64,000 bases of DNA from an uncultured Flavobacteriales bacterium (lineage in GTDB: Bacteria > Bacteroidota > Bacteroidia > CAIKAF01), in NCBI GenBank assembly GCA_903825395.1, contig CAIKAF010000010.1, positions 16,700 to 80,699 of the forward strand. The letters run 5' to 3'. How positions within the stretch are numbered: position 1 is the stretch's first letter; each line of letters opens with the position of its first letter. The notes beneath the pieces were generated by a model. The model ran no database searches, was not told the origin of the DNA, and saw nothing but the letters and a program-made list of their open reading frames with translations. The position numbers and the translations under genes were made by a program. Positions 49,099 through 58,592 of the stretch are shown piece by piece.

Positions 49099-50382
49099 AT
49101 GACACGTCTTTTGCTTTCTCTTGGCCTGATTTTATTCTCCAAGGCCTTTTCCCAGAACATACATTTGGGCAGCAATACGCCCGCAGACCCTTCCTCTGTT
49201 GTAGAAATTTCCTCTACAACCGGAGGCTTTTTAGTGCCTCGAATGACCACCGTCCAGCGCAATGCCATTCAAAATCCCGCCACGGCACTTCAAATTTTCA
49301 ATACCGATACCGATTGCCTGGAAATGTATTATTCCGGTGGAGGCTGGCGTAGCATTCATTGCGATTGCCAAGCCTTTCCCAACGCCGTTTTTGCCGTTCC
49401 CAACGGCTACATAAATCAGGCCGCATCATTTAGCGCCCCTCCCAATATGACCTACAGCTGGAGTTTTCAAAACGGCACGCCTTCCAGCTCTGTATTGCAA
49501 AACCCACAACCCAGCTGGTCAAGCCCCGGAACCTACGCTGTTTCACTGTCCTTGACCGACAGCGCCGGCTGCTCCTCTTCGCATACCGATTCCATTACGG
49601 TTATCAACTGTGCCCCAGCCACCGGCGGAACCATTACCACCTCTGGCCCCTGGACCATTCATACTTTTACCGGCAATGGAACGTTTAACCCCGGCTGCAG
49701 CCGCACCATAGAATACTTGATTGTGGCTGGTGGCGGTGGCGGCGGAGATGGGAATGCCGGTGGCGGTGGGGGCGGAGCCGGTGGTTTTGTCGAAGGCTCT
49801 GTTCAGCTTTCTCCAGGAAATTACTCCATCGTAGTAGGAAGCGGAGGCGCCGGAAGCACGGTTCAAGATGGTGTTGGTCAATCTGGTAACAATTCCAGCT
49901 TTAACAACATTATAGCCTTTGGCGGCGGCCGCGGTGGTGGATATGTAAGCCCCAACGGCGCCAATGGAGGAAGTGGCGGTGGGGGCAGTGGCCCATCTGG
50001 AAGCGGACAAGGCGGGTCTTCAACCCAAACCTCTCCACAAGGCGGAAATGGGTATGGATTTTCGGGTGCGCCCTATGCCGGCGGCGACGGCGGTGGCGGC
50101 GGTGGAGCCGGTGGGGCAGCCAATAGCAGAAATGGAGGGCCCGGCCGCAACAGTTCTATATCTGGCAACACGGTAACCTATGCCGGAGGTGGCGGCGGAG
50201 CCCGCTACCTAGGTCAAGCGGGCTTAGGTGGTTCCGGAGGTGGCGGAAATGGAGGATATTACCCCGGAAATGGAAACGGACAAAATGGCCAAGCCAACAC
50301 CGGGGGCGGAGGCGGAGGTTCCGGCGATGGCCCCATCGGGGGCAATGGCGGCTCTGGTATTGTTATTCTTCGGTACCAATAA
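49099..50382 (+). CDS. secreted protein of paralogous family: shared N-terminal module + PKD-like domain + long glycine-rich C-terminal domain
   Basis: Signal peptide. PADPSSVVEISSTTGGFLVPRMTTVQRNAIQNPATALQIFNTDTDCLE, then TYSWSF...GTYAVSL, then ~230 aa of G-runs ending GSGIVILRY. Confidence 0.6.
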   Translation: MTRLLLSLGLILFSKAFSQNIHLGSNTPADPSSVVEISSTTGGFLVPRMTTVQRNAIQNPATALQIFNTDTDCLEMYYSGGGWRSIHCDCQAFPNAVFAVPNGYINQAASFSAPPNMTYSWSFQNGTPSSSVLQNPQPSWSSPGTYAVSLSLTDSAGCSSSHTDSITVINCAPATGGTITTSGPWTIHTFTGNGTFNPGCSRTIEYLIVAGGGGGGDGNAGGGGGGAGGFVEGSVQLSPGNYSIVVGSGGAGSTVQDGVGQSGNNSSFNNIIAFGGGRGGGYVSPNGANGGSGGGGSGPSGSGQGGSSTQTSPQGGNGYGFSGAPYAGGDGGGGGGAGGAANSRNGGPGRNSSISGNTVTYAGGGGGARYLGQAGLGGSGGGGNGGYYPGNGNGQNGQANTGGGGGGSGDGPIGGNGGSGIVILRYQ

Positions 50383-50418
50383 ATTCCCAAGCTCTAAAAC
50401 CAACCAAACCTCTCTCCC

Positions 50419-51990
50419 ATGAAACAATTGCTCGGCCTTATCTTGCTGATTTTCTCGGCCAATCTTAGCGCCCAAGGGGTAAAAATCAACCATGGAACAC
50501 CAAGTCCGGCAGACAGTTCGGCCATTTTGGAATTGGAATCGACCCAAAAAGGATTTCTGCTGCCTAGGCTCACTACAGCACAGCGAAATGCCATCGCTTC
50601 TCCTGCAGTAGGATTGCAAATTTACAACACTTCAACCCGCTGCGTAGAAACCTTTTTTCCTGTAGGTTGGAGGCCAACAGGATGTCAATGTACCGCGTTC
50701 CCCAATGCTGGATTCACCCTTCAACCCGCTTTCCCATCGGCGGGCTTCCCAATCCAGTTTATGGCCAACGATTCCTCCAATGCCCTTTCCTGGACTTTCC
50801 AAAACGGAAGCCCCGCTAACGATACCGTCGGAGCCCCCATTGTAATATTTTCCAACCCAGATACCGTTTCGGTAGTGCTTCGTGCTACCGATTCTCAAGG
50901 CTGCCAAGATTCAACAACTCAAACCATTGTTATTCAAAATTGCCCCCTGAATACCCCAAACCCGGCCTTTACCGCTTCACCCGCAAGTCCGGGAACAAAT
51001 CAAGCGGTAACGTTTAACCCAAGTAGCCTAGTGGGGGTGTCTCACAGTTGGTCTTTTGCCAGTGGTAACCCAGGGAGTTCTTCGGCTACAAATCCAACCT
51101 CCACCTGGTCAAGCGCAGGAACTTATTCTGTCATTCATCAAGTTACCGATTCTAGCACCGGCTGCGTTCAAGCCGATACCTTGGCTCTGGTTGTAAGCTC
51201 CTGCATTACAGGAGGCAATGCCAATTTTATTTTCACGGGTAACCTTCAGCTTTGGACAGCTCCGGCTGGGGTATGTACGATTCAAGTAGAAGGCTGGGGC
51301 GCCCGCGGAGGAGATGGCGGTGGCTATGGGGCCTACGTGGTAGGAACCTTTTCCGTTACCCCTGGGCAGCAATATAAAATTTTAGTTGGCCGGAAAGGAA
51401 ACAATGGCAACGGCGGTGGCGGCGGTGGCGGGACATGGTTTACCGATGCCAACAACAATCCATTGTTGGTAGCTGGGGGCGGAGGCGGTAAAGGCTATGG
51501 CAATTCCAACCTGCCTTCCTCAGTAAATGGCGGCGCTTGCGGAGGCTCAGGCTGCTCGGGAACCCAAGGCTCATGCGGAAGCCCTGGCACCGGCGGAAGC
51601 AACGGCGCCGGGGGACTTGGGGCCACCTGCACTCAAAATGGAACCGGAGGCGGTGGCGGCGCCGGAACACTAACCGGCGGGGGAACAGCAAACGGCTGTT
51701 CCTATTCCCAAAGCACAGGCGGAGCCGCATTTGTGAATGGGGGTGCCGGGGGCTTAGGGGGCTGTGGAGTGGCAGGAGGATTCGGCGGCGGTGGTGGTGG
51801 CGGTTGCAACGGCGGTGGAGGTGGCGGCGGAGGAGGATATTCTGGCGGCGGCGGCGGAAATCCCTGGTGCAACAACGGAGGAATTGGAGGCCATGGCGGC
51901 GGCGGTGGCTGCTACAACACCGGAACCAACACATCTTTAACGGTGGGCGGCAACCTCAACGACGACGGCAGGTTGTACATCACCTGGTAA
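50419..51990 (+). CDS. secreted protein of the same paralogous family (N-terminal module + PKD-like repeats + glycine-rich C-terminal domain)
   Basis: PSPADSSAILELESTQKGFLLPRLTTAQRNAIASPAVGLQIYNTSTRCVE. Two PKD-like blocks (ALSWTFQNGSP..., SHSWSFASGNP...). A Gly-rich tail ending GRLYITW. Confidence 0.6.
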   Translation: MKQLLGLILLIFSANLSAQGVKINHGTPSPADSSAILELESTQKGFLLPRLTTAQRNAIASPAVGLQIYNTSTRCVETFFPVGWRPTGCQCTAFPNAGFTLQPAFPSAGFPIQFMANDSSNALSWTFQNGSPANDTVGAPIVIFSNPDTVSVVLRATDSQGCQDSTTQTIVIQNCPLNTPNPAFTASPASPGTNQAVTFNPSSLVGVSHSWSFASGNPGSSSATNPTSTWSSAGTYSVIHQVTDSSTGCVQADTLALVVSSCITGGNANFIFTGNLQLWTAPAGVCTIQVEGWGARGGDGGGYGAYVVGTFSVTPGQQYKILVGRKGNNGNGGGGGGGTWFTDANNNPLLVAGGGGGKGYGNSNLPSSVNGGACGGSGCSGTQGSCGSPGTGGSNGAGGLGATCTQNGTGGGGGAGTLTGGGTANGCSYSQSTGGAAFVNGGAGGLGGCGVAGGFGGGGGGGCNGGGGGGGGGYSGGGGGNPWCNNGGIGGHGGGGGCYNTGTNTSLTVGGNLNDDGRLYITW

Positions 51991-52059
51991 TCAATGCCCC
52001 AAAACCCTTCCAAAACCTTTCGCCCCATGCCCTGTTTTCTTATGTAGATTCCAAGGCCG

Positions 52060-52494
52060 ATGAAATTGTATGATGTTTCCTTGTTTCCTCCTGCTCTGCT
52101 TCGAGAAATCAATCAACACTATGGAGCACCCGTCTCGTTAAAAGAACGCCTATTCGGTCCCCCAACCGGCAGCCCAGGCATGGATTGGATCTCCGGCCCT
52201 CCCGAGATTTCTGACATCATCACCCCTTTAGGCCCACGCATCCGATTGAACGCAGAACGCCGCCCAAAAGGCTGGTTGCTGCACATCAACGGCAGCCTGA
52301 GGCGATTTTATCTGGTAGGCTTTGAACCGGGAGAACTCCAACATTGGACGTTTGAACCTATGCCCGGAGAACGATTTATGCACGTATCCATTTGCACCTC
52401 TGGGGTAGATTGGACCTTCCGCCTACGCGATTCCGCGCAAAAAAATGCATTGAATCGGTTTTTTCAGGCCTTGGACTCTCCCAACCACTCATAA
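52060..52494 (+). CDS. hypothetical protein
   Basis: 144-aa ORF with no recognisable motif. Its 3' end overlaps the purD 3' end on the opposite strand. Confidence 0.3.
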   Translation: MKLYDVSLFPPALLREINQHYGAPVSLKERLFGPPTGSPGMDWISGPPEISDIITPLGPRIRLNAERRPKGWLLHINGSLRRFYLVGFEPGELQHWTFEPMPGERFMHVSICTSGVDWTFRLRDSAQKNALNRFFQALDSPNHS

Positions 52495-53741
52495 CCAATA
52501 TCTCTGCGGTAAAATCCGGCCGACCAAGGATTCTCTGATAAATATCCATACGCCACCTCTAAGGCCTCTTCCAAATCCGCTCCCAGTCCGGTAACCGCCA
52601 ATACACGGCCCCCTTGGCTCAATAAATGTTCTCCCGACCGCCGCGTTCCGGCCTGAAATACCAAGGCCCGATTTGATTCCGATAACCGCAACGGCATTCC
52701 CGTTTCATAGGTTCCCGGATATCCATTGGCACACAATACCACCGTAGCCGCCACACCCTCCTCAGATTCCAACATGTCCTCCGGCCAATTTCCACCGGCA
52801 CTTCCCTCCAACCAAGGCAGCAAATCGCTTTTAATTAAAGGCATAACCGCTTGAGTTTCCGGATCACCCATCCTGCAATTGTACTCGATCACATAGGGTT
52901 TGCCCTCTACTACCATTAATCCCACATACAAAAATCCGGTGTAGGGCTGCCCTTCTTCGGCCATACCCAGCAAGGTGGGCCTTACAATATCACGTTCTAC
53001 CTCGGCTAAAAATTCCGGACTGCTGTGCGGCCAGGGCGCCACTACGCCCATGCCTCCTGTATTCGGGCCCTGATCACCCTCACCCACACGCTTATAGTCT
53101 TTGGCCGTAGGCAAAAAAACAAAGTCCTTCCCATTGCTCAACACAAAGACCGAACATTCCTTCCCCGGCAAAAATTCCTCAATCACAACCTTTGGGGAAG
53201 CCTCACTGTGCTTCTCGGTTTTCAGCATCAAACTCAATTCGCGCTTAGCAGTATCGGCATCCGGTAAAATCAAAACGCCCTTGCCCCCCGCCAAGCCATC
53301 GGCCTTTAACACATAAGGAGGCCGAAGCGAATCAATAAACCGATAGCCTTCTACCAGCTCCTGTTTGGTAAAGGTTTTATGCTTGGCTGTTGGAATGCCA
53401 TGCCGCACCATAAACGACTTGGCAAAGTCCTTGCTCGACTCCAACATGGCCGCAGCGCGGCGGGGACCAACTACCTTTAGCGGCCCCAAATCTCTGCGTT
53501 CCCGCAAAAAATCCACAAGACCTTCTGCCAAAGGCTGCTCTGGCCCCACTACCACCAAACCAATCGCATGTGTTTTTATGGCCTTGGCTAGGGCTTCAAA
53601 ATCCAGCGGATCTATGGGCAAGGTGTTCGGGCTTCCTCCGTTCCCCGGAGCTATAAATAAAGCATCACAGTGGGGACTTTGAGCCAGTTTCCAAGCCAAG
53701 GCATTTTCTCTGCCTCCGGAACCGACAACCAGGATATTCAT
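52464..53741 (-). CDS. purD: phosphoribosylamine--glycine ligase
   Basis: [20 protein letters not shown]-terminus and an ATP-grasp core. About 425 aa. Confidence 0.85.
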   Translation of the reverse strand: MNILVVGSGGRENALAWKLAQSPHCDALFIAPGNGGSPNTLPIDPLDFEALAKAIKTHAIGLVVVGPEQPLAEGLVDFLRERRDLGPLKVVGPRRAAAMLESSKDFAKSFMVRHGIPTAKHKTFTKQELVEGYRFIDSLRPPYVLKADGLAGGKGVLILPDADTAKRELSLMLKTEKHSEASPKVVIEEFLPGKECSVFVLSNGKDFVFLPTAKDYKRVGEGDQGPNTGGMGVVAPWPHSSPEFLAEVERDIVRPTLLGMAEEGQPYTGFLYVGLMVVEGKPYVIEYNCRMGDPETQAVMPLIKSDLLPWLEGSAGGNWPEDMLESEEGVAATVVLCANGYPGTYETGMPLRLSESNRALVFQAGTRRSGEHLLSQGGRVLAVTGLGADLEEALEVAYGYLSENPWSAGFYRRDIGYEWLGESKA

Positions 53742-55315
53742 TATAAGGGTATATTTCCGTGTTTCTTTCTGGGAAGCCATTCTACCTTATTCGACAGCAT
53801 CGAATAGGCCTTCATCAATTTCTCACGCGTTTGTTCGGGCAATATTACTTCATCAATGTAGCCGCGCGCCGCTGCTTCATACGGATTAGCAAAGCGCTCG
53901 GCATACTCCTGTTCCTTTTCTTTCCATTTGGCTTGCGGATCTTCGGCCGAGGCGATTTCGGCACGAAAGATGATTTCGGCGGCGCCTTTTGCTCCCATCA
54001 CTGCAATTTCAGCTGTGGGCCAAGCATAATTCATATCTGCCCCAATGTGCTTGGAGTTCATCACATCGTAAGCCCCTCCATATGCTTTTCGCGTAATAAC
54101 TGTAATTCTTGGTACGGTGGCTTCGCTAAAGGCATAGAGCAACTTAGCCCCATGCGTAATGATTCCGTTCCATTCTTGATCGGTTCCTGGTAAAAAACCC
54201 GGAACGTCTTCCAATACCAATAAGGGAATGTTGAAAGCATCACAAAACCGAACAAAACGTGCAGCCTTGGTGCTGGATTTTATATCCAAAACTCCAGCCA
54301 AAAACGCAGGCTGATTCGCCACCACACCCAAGCATCTACCTCCTAAGCGCCCAAATCCCACCACCATGTTTTCGGCAAATTCTTTGTGCACTTCCATAAA
54401 CGAATCGGCATCCAGAATCTCCCGAATCACTTCCTTCATATCGTAGGGCTGGTTTGGATTCTCTGGCAATAAGGAATTTAAGGCCGGGCGGCTTTCATCT
54501 CCCGATTCATAGGGCAAATGCGGGGGTTTTTCTTCGCAGTTTTGAGGCAAATACGACAATAATCTGCGGATATGCCGAACGGCATCCGTTTCTGTAGTGC
54601 AGGTAAAATGCGTTACTCCGCTTTTGCTGGCATGGGTAGAAGCGCCCCCAAGCTCTTCGCTGCTTACCTCTTCATGCGTTACTGTTTTCACCACGTTCGG
54701 ACCAGTAACAAACATGTAAGAGGTATCTTCCACCATTAAAATAAAGTCGGTAATGGCCGGCGAATAAACAGCGCCTCCGGCACAAGGCCCCATAATGGCT
54801 GATATTTGAGGAATAACCCCCGAGGCCTTGGTGTTCCGGTAAAAAATATCGGCATAGCCTCCCAGCGAAACCACCCCTTCTTGGATGCGGGCTCCCCCCG
54901 AATCGTTTAATCCAATCACCGGCGCTCCGTTTTTAAGAGCCATGTCCATCAAACGGCAAATTTTTTCAGCATGGGCTTCGGCCAAAGAGCCCCCCAAAAC
55001 GGTAAAGTCTTGAGAAAACACATACACCCGTCGGCCATGAATGCTGCCATAGCCGGTCACTACACCATCTCCTAAAAACTGCTGTTTATCCAATCCAAAA
55101 TGCCGGGAGCGGTGCATCACCAACATTCCGATTTCTTCAAATGACCCTGGGTCTAAGAGCAAATCAATGCGTTCTCGAGCCGTTAATTTTCCCTTTTTAT
55201 GTTGTGCCTCCTGACGAGTTAGGCCTCCACCCAAAAGGGCTTCTGCCTGTTTGGCCTGTAGTTCGGCCACCTTTTTCGCATGTTTCATACCCAATCTGGC
55301 TTGGTTGCGCTTCAA
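53741..55315 (-). CDS. acyl-CoA carboxylase carboxyltransferase subunit (propionyl-CoA carboxylase beta / methylmalonyl-CoA carboxyltransferase family)
   Basis: [19 protein letters not shown] and two carboxyltransferase halves. 524 aa. Confidence 0.8.
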   Translation of the reverse strand: MKRNQARLGMKHAKKVAELQAKQAEALLGGGLTRQEAQHKKGKLTARERIDLLLDPGSFEEIGMLVMHRSRHFGLDKQQFLGDGVVTGYGSIHGRRVYVFSQDFTVLGGSLAEAHAEKICRLMDMALKNGAPVIGLNDSGGARIQEGVVSLGGYADIFYRNTKASGVIPQISAIMGPCAGGAVYSPAITDFILMVEDTSYMFVTGPNVVKTVTHEEVSSEELGGASTHASKSGVTHFTCTTETDAVRHIRRLLSYLPQNCEEKPPHLPYESGDESRPALNSLLPENPNQPYDMKEVIREILDADSFMEVHKEFAENMVVGFGRLGGRCLGVVANQPAFLAGVLDIKSSTKAARFVRFCDAFNIPLLVLEDVPGFLPGTDQEWNGIITHGAKLLYAFSEATVPRITVITRKAYGGAYDVMNSKHIGADMNYAWPTAEIAVMGAKGAAEIIFRAEIASAEDPQAKWKEKEQEYAERFANPYEAAARGYIDEVILPEQTREKLMKAYSMLSNKVEWLPRKKHGNIPL

Positions 55316-55353
55316 AAGTAACCAAACCCAACGGAATTAGCCGAAGAAAGAAG

Positions 55354-56751
55354 CTATTGCTTCATCCATTTTTTTACCCAAGTTTTTCCTTGCGCATCTT
55401 GAATCCGTACTTGGTAGATTCCGGCCGGCAATTCCTGCACATTCAGTACAAAGCCCGCACTTGAGCCAACCTTTCTAATCACCTGCCCTTGCGCATTGGT
55501 AACCGTCAATTCTGCCGTCAATCCTTGGGGCAATTCGACCTTCAGCCAATCGCTGCTTGGGTTTGGGTACACCTTCCAACTGAACGAAGCCGAGGCTTGT
55601 GTAGATAAAGGCAAACCAATAAAATCAATGTTGCCGTTGGCATCAAAGGGGTTCGACCATTGCTCGGCCGTATATACTGCCGTCCCGCTGAGGGTCCGTA
55701 AAAAGGCTATTAGGGCAGTTTTATCGGCATTGCTAAGGTTCAGGTTTTGGCCCTGGTTTTGTGGACCGGCCAGTCGTGGATCTAAATTGGTATTCCCCGG
55801 CACAGGAACAATCAGGTTGTAATGGTCAATCACCTGCATCAGCGAGGTTTTGCTGCCATCGTGCATCAATGGCCCATTCAGCTGCCCCGCAGGGTTCACC
55901 AAATCGCGCAACGAAGGCGAACGGGTGTTGCCCAAATCCAATTGTCCCGGCTGTCCACCCGCTACGGCCACAATGTTGTTGTTGCGGCTGTTGGGGTCTA
56001 TGTCAAACTCTGGGCCACGGTGGCAACCTTGGCAACCGGCACCGGCCGGCGGGGGAGTCAAAAACAGGTTTTTCCCGTTGTTCTCTTGGGCGCTGAAATT
56101 CGGAAAGGGAGCACCCAGGTTCGGCGCCTGCGCCAGGCCCACATCAAATTTCGAATCAAACGATGCAATGCTCCTTAAAAAAGTCGATAAGGCACGCTGA
56201 ATGTACATTTCTGAAATGTCAGGACTTCCAAAGGCCAACTGAAACAAGGCCGGATACTCCGGTATGGACTCCAACTTACGGATTAGAGAATCGATGCCCG
56301 GCTGTCCTCCTTGCCCCGAAAAGCCCATCTCAACCGCATCTTGAATGGGTTGACTGGTTTGGTCGTCCAAAGAGCTGGCGCGTTCATTCCAAAAAAACCG
56401 GGTTTCTGTGGCAAATCGAGCATTGATAAGGCGCATGGAGTGCCGCCCGGTAAGTCCTCCTGTATGCCCTACCGACCGTACGGCGGTATCGCCAAAGGCA
56501 AACTCCTGCTTGTGGCAAGAAGCACAAGAAATGGCATTGTTTACCGATAAGCGGGCATCATAAAACAGCACCCGACCCAGCGTTGCCCGCATATTGTCTG
56601 CGGCATTGGGCGCCGGCGCATTGTCTTTCGTAATGTAAGCCGGAACGGCAAGTCCGTAATAATTGAACAGATTGCCCAGGTCAATGCTGCCCGCTGTAAG
56701 CAGCAGCAAAAAAGCAAATCCCAAAAAAACTGAAGTCGTTTTACGCATCAT
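55354..56751 (-). CDS. di-haem cytochrome c peroxidase (CCP/MauG family) carrying a T9SS C-terminal sorting domain
   Basis: Two CxxCH motifs (CASCHKQ, CQGCHRG). The C-terminal ~80 aa (VYPNPSSDWLKVELP...GIYQVRIQDAQGKTWVKK) is T9SS-CTD-like. Confidence 0.7.
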   Translation of the reverse strand: MMRKTTSVFLGFAFLLLLTAGSIDLGNLFNYYGLAVPAYITKDNAPAPNAADNMRATLGRVLFYDARLSVNNAISCASCHKQEFAFGDTAVRSVGHTGGLTGRHSMRLINARFATETRFFWNERASSLDDQTSQPIQDAVEMGFSGQGGQPGIDSLIRKLESIPEYPALFQLAFGSPDISEMYIQRALSTFLRSIASFDSKFDVGLAQAPNLGAPFPNFSAQENNGKNLFLTPPPAGAGCQGCHRGPEFDIDPNSRNNNIVAVAGGQPGQLDLGNTRSPSLRDLVNPAGQLNGPLMHDGSKTSLMQVIDHYNLIVPVPGNTNLDPRLAGPQNQGQNLNLSNADKTALIAFLRTLSGTAVYTAEQWSNPFDANGNIDFIGLPLSTQASASFSWKVYPNPSSDWLKVELPQGLTAELTVTNAQGQVIRKVGSSAGFVLNVQELPAGIYQVRIQDAQGKTWVKKWMKQ

Positions 56752-56875
56752 AGGGTTGGCAGGTTAGTGAGGTCGATTTCCATCTAGGTCGCAAAATATT
56801 GATTTTTCCTTTCTTATCCCCCTCCATTTTTTAGGGTGAATCATTGATTTGGATAGGTTCTTTTCTGTTTTTTCT

Positions 56876-57025
56876 TGGGCGGCTGCGGGCTTTCGTGGGT
56901 AGTCCGCGGTGGGCGGAAGTCTGGCCCAGCGGGCTTGCGGGGGCTCCCAAGGTCGCCTCCGCGCCACGCGGGCCAGGCTCCGCCCACCTTGCGGGCAACC
57001 CTACTCAATCCCTGCCGCAGGGCCC
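56876..57025 (+). repeat. GC-rich dispersed element, copy D
   Basis: gggcggctgcgggctttcgtgggtagtccgcggtgggcggaagtctggcccagcgggcttgcgggggctcccaaggtcgcctccgcgccacgcgggccaggctcc...caatccctgccgcagggcc. Confidence 0.8.
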
Positions 57026-57114
57026 CCTCCTACCTAGGCTCTCCATATTGATTTTTCATCCACAACAGCGAATTTCAGCTTAGCCTACTCAGCCAACCCG
57101 CCTATGGCCTATCT

Positions 57115-57360
57115 TTGGGTGTGATTTTCATTGGCAACCTTCCTTATGCCTTCACTGAACAGGAGCTTAAAGACCTGTTTAGTCCGTTTGGCGAGGCCCA
57201 ATCGGTTCAGTTGATTCGGGACCGAATTTCGGGCCGAAGCCGCGGATTTGGGTTTGTAGACCTGAGCAATTCACAGCAAGAAATTGCTGCCATCGAGGCC
57301 CTGCAGGGCCTCGAATTGGAAGGAAGAACCATTCGAATAAGCAAGAAGCACCATGAATAG
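57115..57360 (+). CDS. RRM-type RNA-binding protein
   Basis: RNP-2 (IFIGNLPY) and RNP-1 (RGFGFVDL) motifs. 81 aa. Confidence 0.7.
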   Translation: MGVIFIGNLPYAFTEQELKDLFSPFGEAQSVQLIRDRISGRSRGFGFVDLSNSQQEIAAIEALQGLELEGRTIRISKKHHE

Positions 57361-58381
57361 AGAACAACGCATTGAGGCCCTGCGCCTAGCCATGAAAACC
57401 CGGGTGGTCGTTTTAGACGGTGCCATGGGAACCATGATTCAACGGCATAATCTGCAAGAAGAAGATTACCGCGGACAGCGCTTTGCCGATTGGCCCCACC
57501 CCGTAAAAGGCAACAATGAATTGCTTAGCCTTACTCGGCCAGATGTTATTCAGGGTATCCACCAAGCGTATTTTGAGGCCGGCGCTGATATTGCTGAAAC
57601 CAATACGTTCGGAGCCAACCGAATTTCTCAGGCCGACTACCACATGGAAGCCCTGGCCGAAGAAATGAATCTGGCTTCGGTAGCCTGTGCTCGAGCCGCT
57701 GCCGATGCCTGCATGGAAAAAGAACCCGGACGGTTGTGCTGGGTAGCCGGAGCGATTGGACCCACCAATAAAACCGCGTCCTTGTCACCCGACGTCAACG
57801 ATCCCGGATTCCGAGCCATTGACTTCGACGAACTGGTAGAGGCATACCTAGAACAGGCTCGAGCCCTTTGGTCTGCCGGAGCCGACGCCCTTCTGGTTGA
57901 AACCATTTTCGACACCTTAAACGCCAAGGCCGCTCTGTACGCCATTCAACAGCTGCGCGAGGAAACCGGAGCCGCCATTCCCATTATGGTGAGTGGAACC
58001 ATCACCGACGCCTCGGGAAGAACCCTTAGCGGACAAACCGTAGAGGCCTTTATGATTTCATTGCTGCATGCCGACCTTCTGAGCATCGGCCTGAACTGCG
58101 CCCTAGGCGCCAAAGACATGGCCCCCTACATTCAGGAATTGGCAAAAAAATCTCCGGTCATGGTAACGGCCTACCCCAATGCCGGCCTTCCCAATGCTTT
58201 TGGAGCCTACGATCAAACTCCCGATGAAATGGCCGATTTGGTGGCTGAATTTATGAACAACCGCTGGATTAATTTGATTGGTGGCTGCTGTGGCAGTACC
58301 CCCGACCACATTGCCGCTATTGCCCGTGTGGCAAAACAAGCTCAGCCTAGACCTCTACCCGAGTTAAATAAAGAGTCGTAA
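57353..58381 (+). CDS. homocysteine S-methyltransferase domain protein (stand-alone Hcy-binding module of cobalamin-dependent methionine synthase)
   Basis: [11 protein letters not shown], the [10 protein letters not shown] barrel motifs, and the Zn-ligand Cys pair [10 protein letters not shown]. 342 aa, matching the MetH N-terminal module missing from 46335-49013. Confidence 0.8.
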   Translation: MNREQRIEALRLAMKTRVVVLDGAMGTMIQRHNLQEEDYRGQRFADWPHPVKGNNELLSLTRPDVIQGIHQAYFEAGADIAETNTFGANRISQADYHMEALAEEMNLASVACARAAADACMEKEPGRLCWVAGAIGPTNKTASLSPDVNDPGFRAIDFDELVEAYLEQARALWSAGADALLVETIFDTLNAKAALYAIQQLREETGAAIPIMVSGTITDASGRTLSGQTVEAFMISLLHADLLSIGLNCALGAKDMAPYIQELAKKSPVMVTAYPNAGLPNAFGAYDQTPDEMADLVAEFMNNRWINLIGGCCGSTPDHIAAIARVAKQAQPRPLPELNKES

Positions 58382-58427
58382 CCCCCAATCTGCAGTTTTT
58401 CCCTACTCAGTATTAGGCATGATGTGG

Positions 58428-58573
58428 CCCGCGGCAGGGATTGAACCGGGTAGCACGCCAACGGGGCGGAGCCTGGCCCGCGTGGTGCGGAGGCGACTTT
58501 AGGAGCCACCGCAAGCCCGCTGGGCCAGCCTTCCGCCCTGTGCGGACTACCGGTGAAAGCCCGCAGCCGCCCC
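58428..58573 (-). repeat. GC-rich dispersed element, copy E (reverse orientation)
   Basis: cccgcggcagggattgaaccgggtagc...ggcgcggaggcgactttaggagccaccgcaagcccgctgggccagcc...ggtgaaagcccgcagccgccccc. Confidence 0.8.
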
Positions 58574-58592
58574 CATAAAAAACCAAATCCAT

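Noticed and set aside
51440-52073. Arg-rich ORFs 51440-51934 (-) and 51537-52073 (+) overlapping the glycine-rich gene
   Set aside because: They are alternate-frame translations of GGN-rich DNA (GGC/GGT/GGA read as Arg/Trp/Pro). The Gly-rich frame has the signal peptide and conserved N-module.
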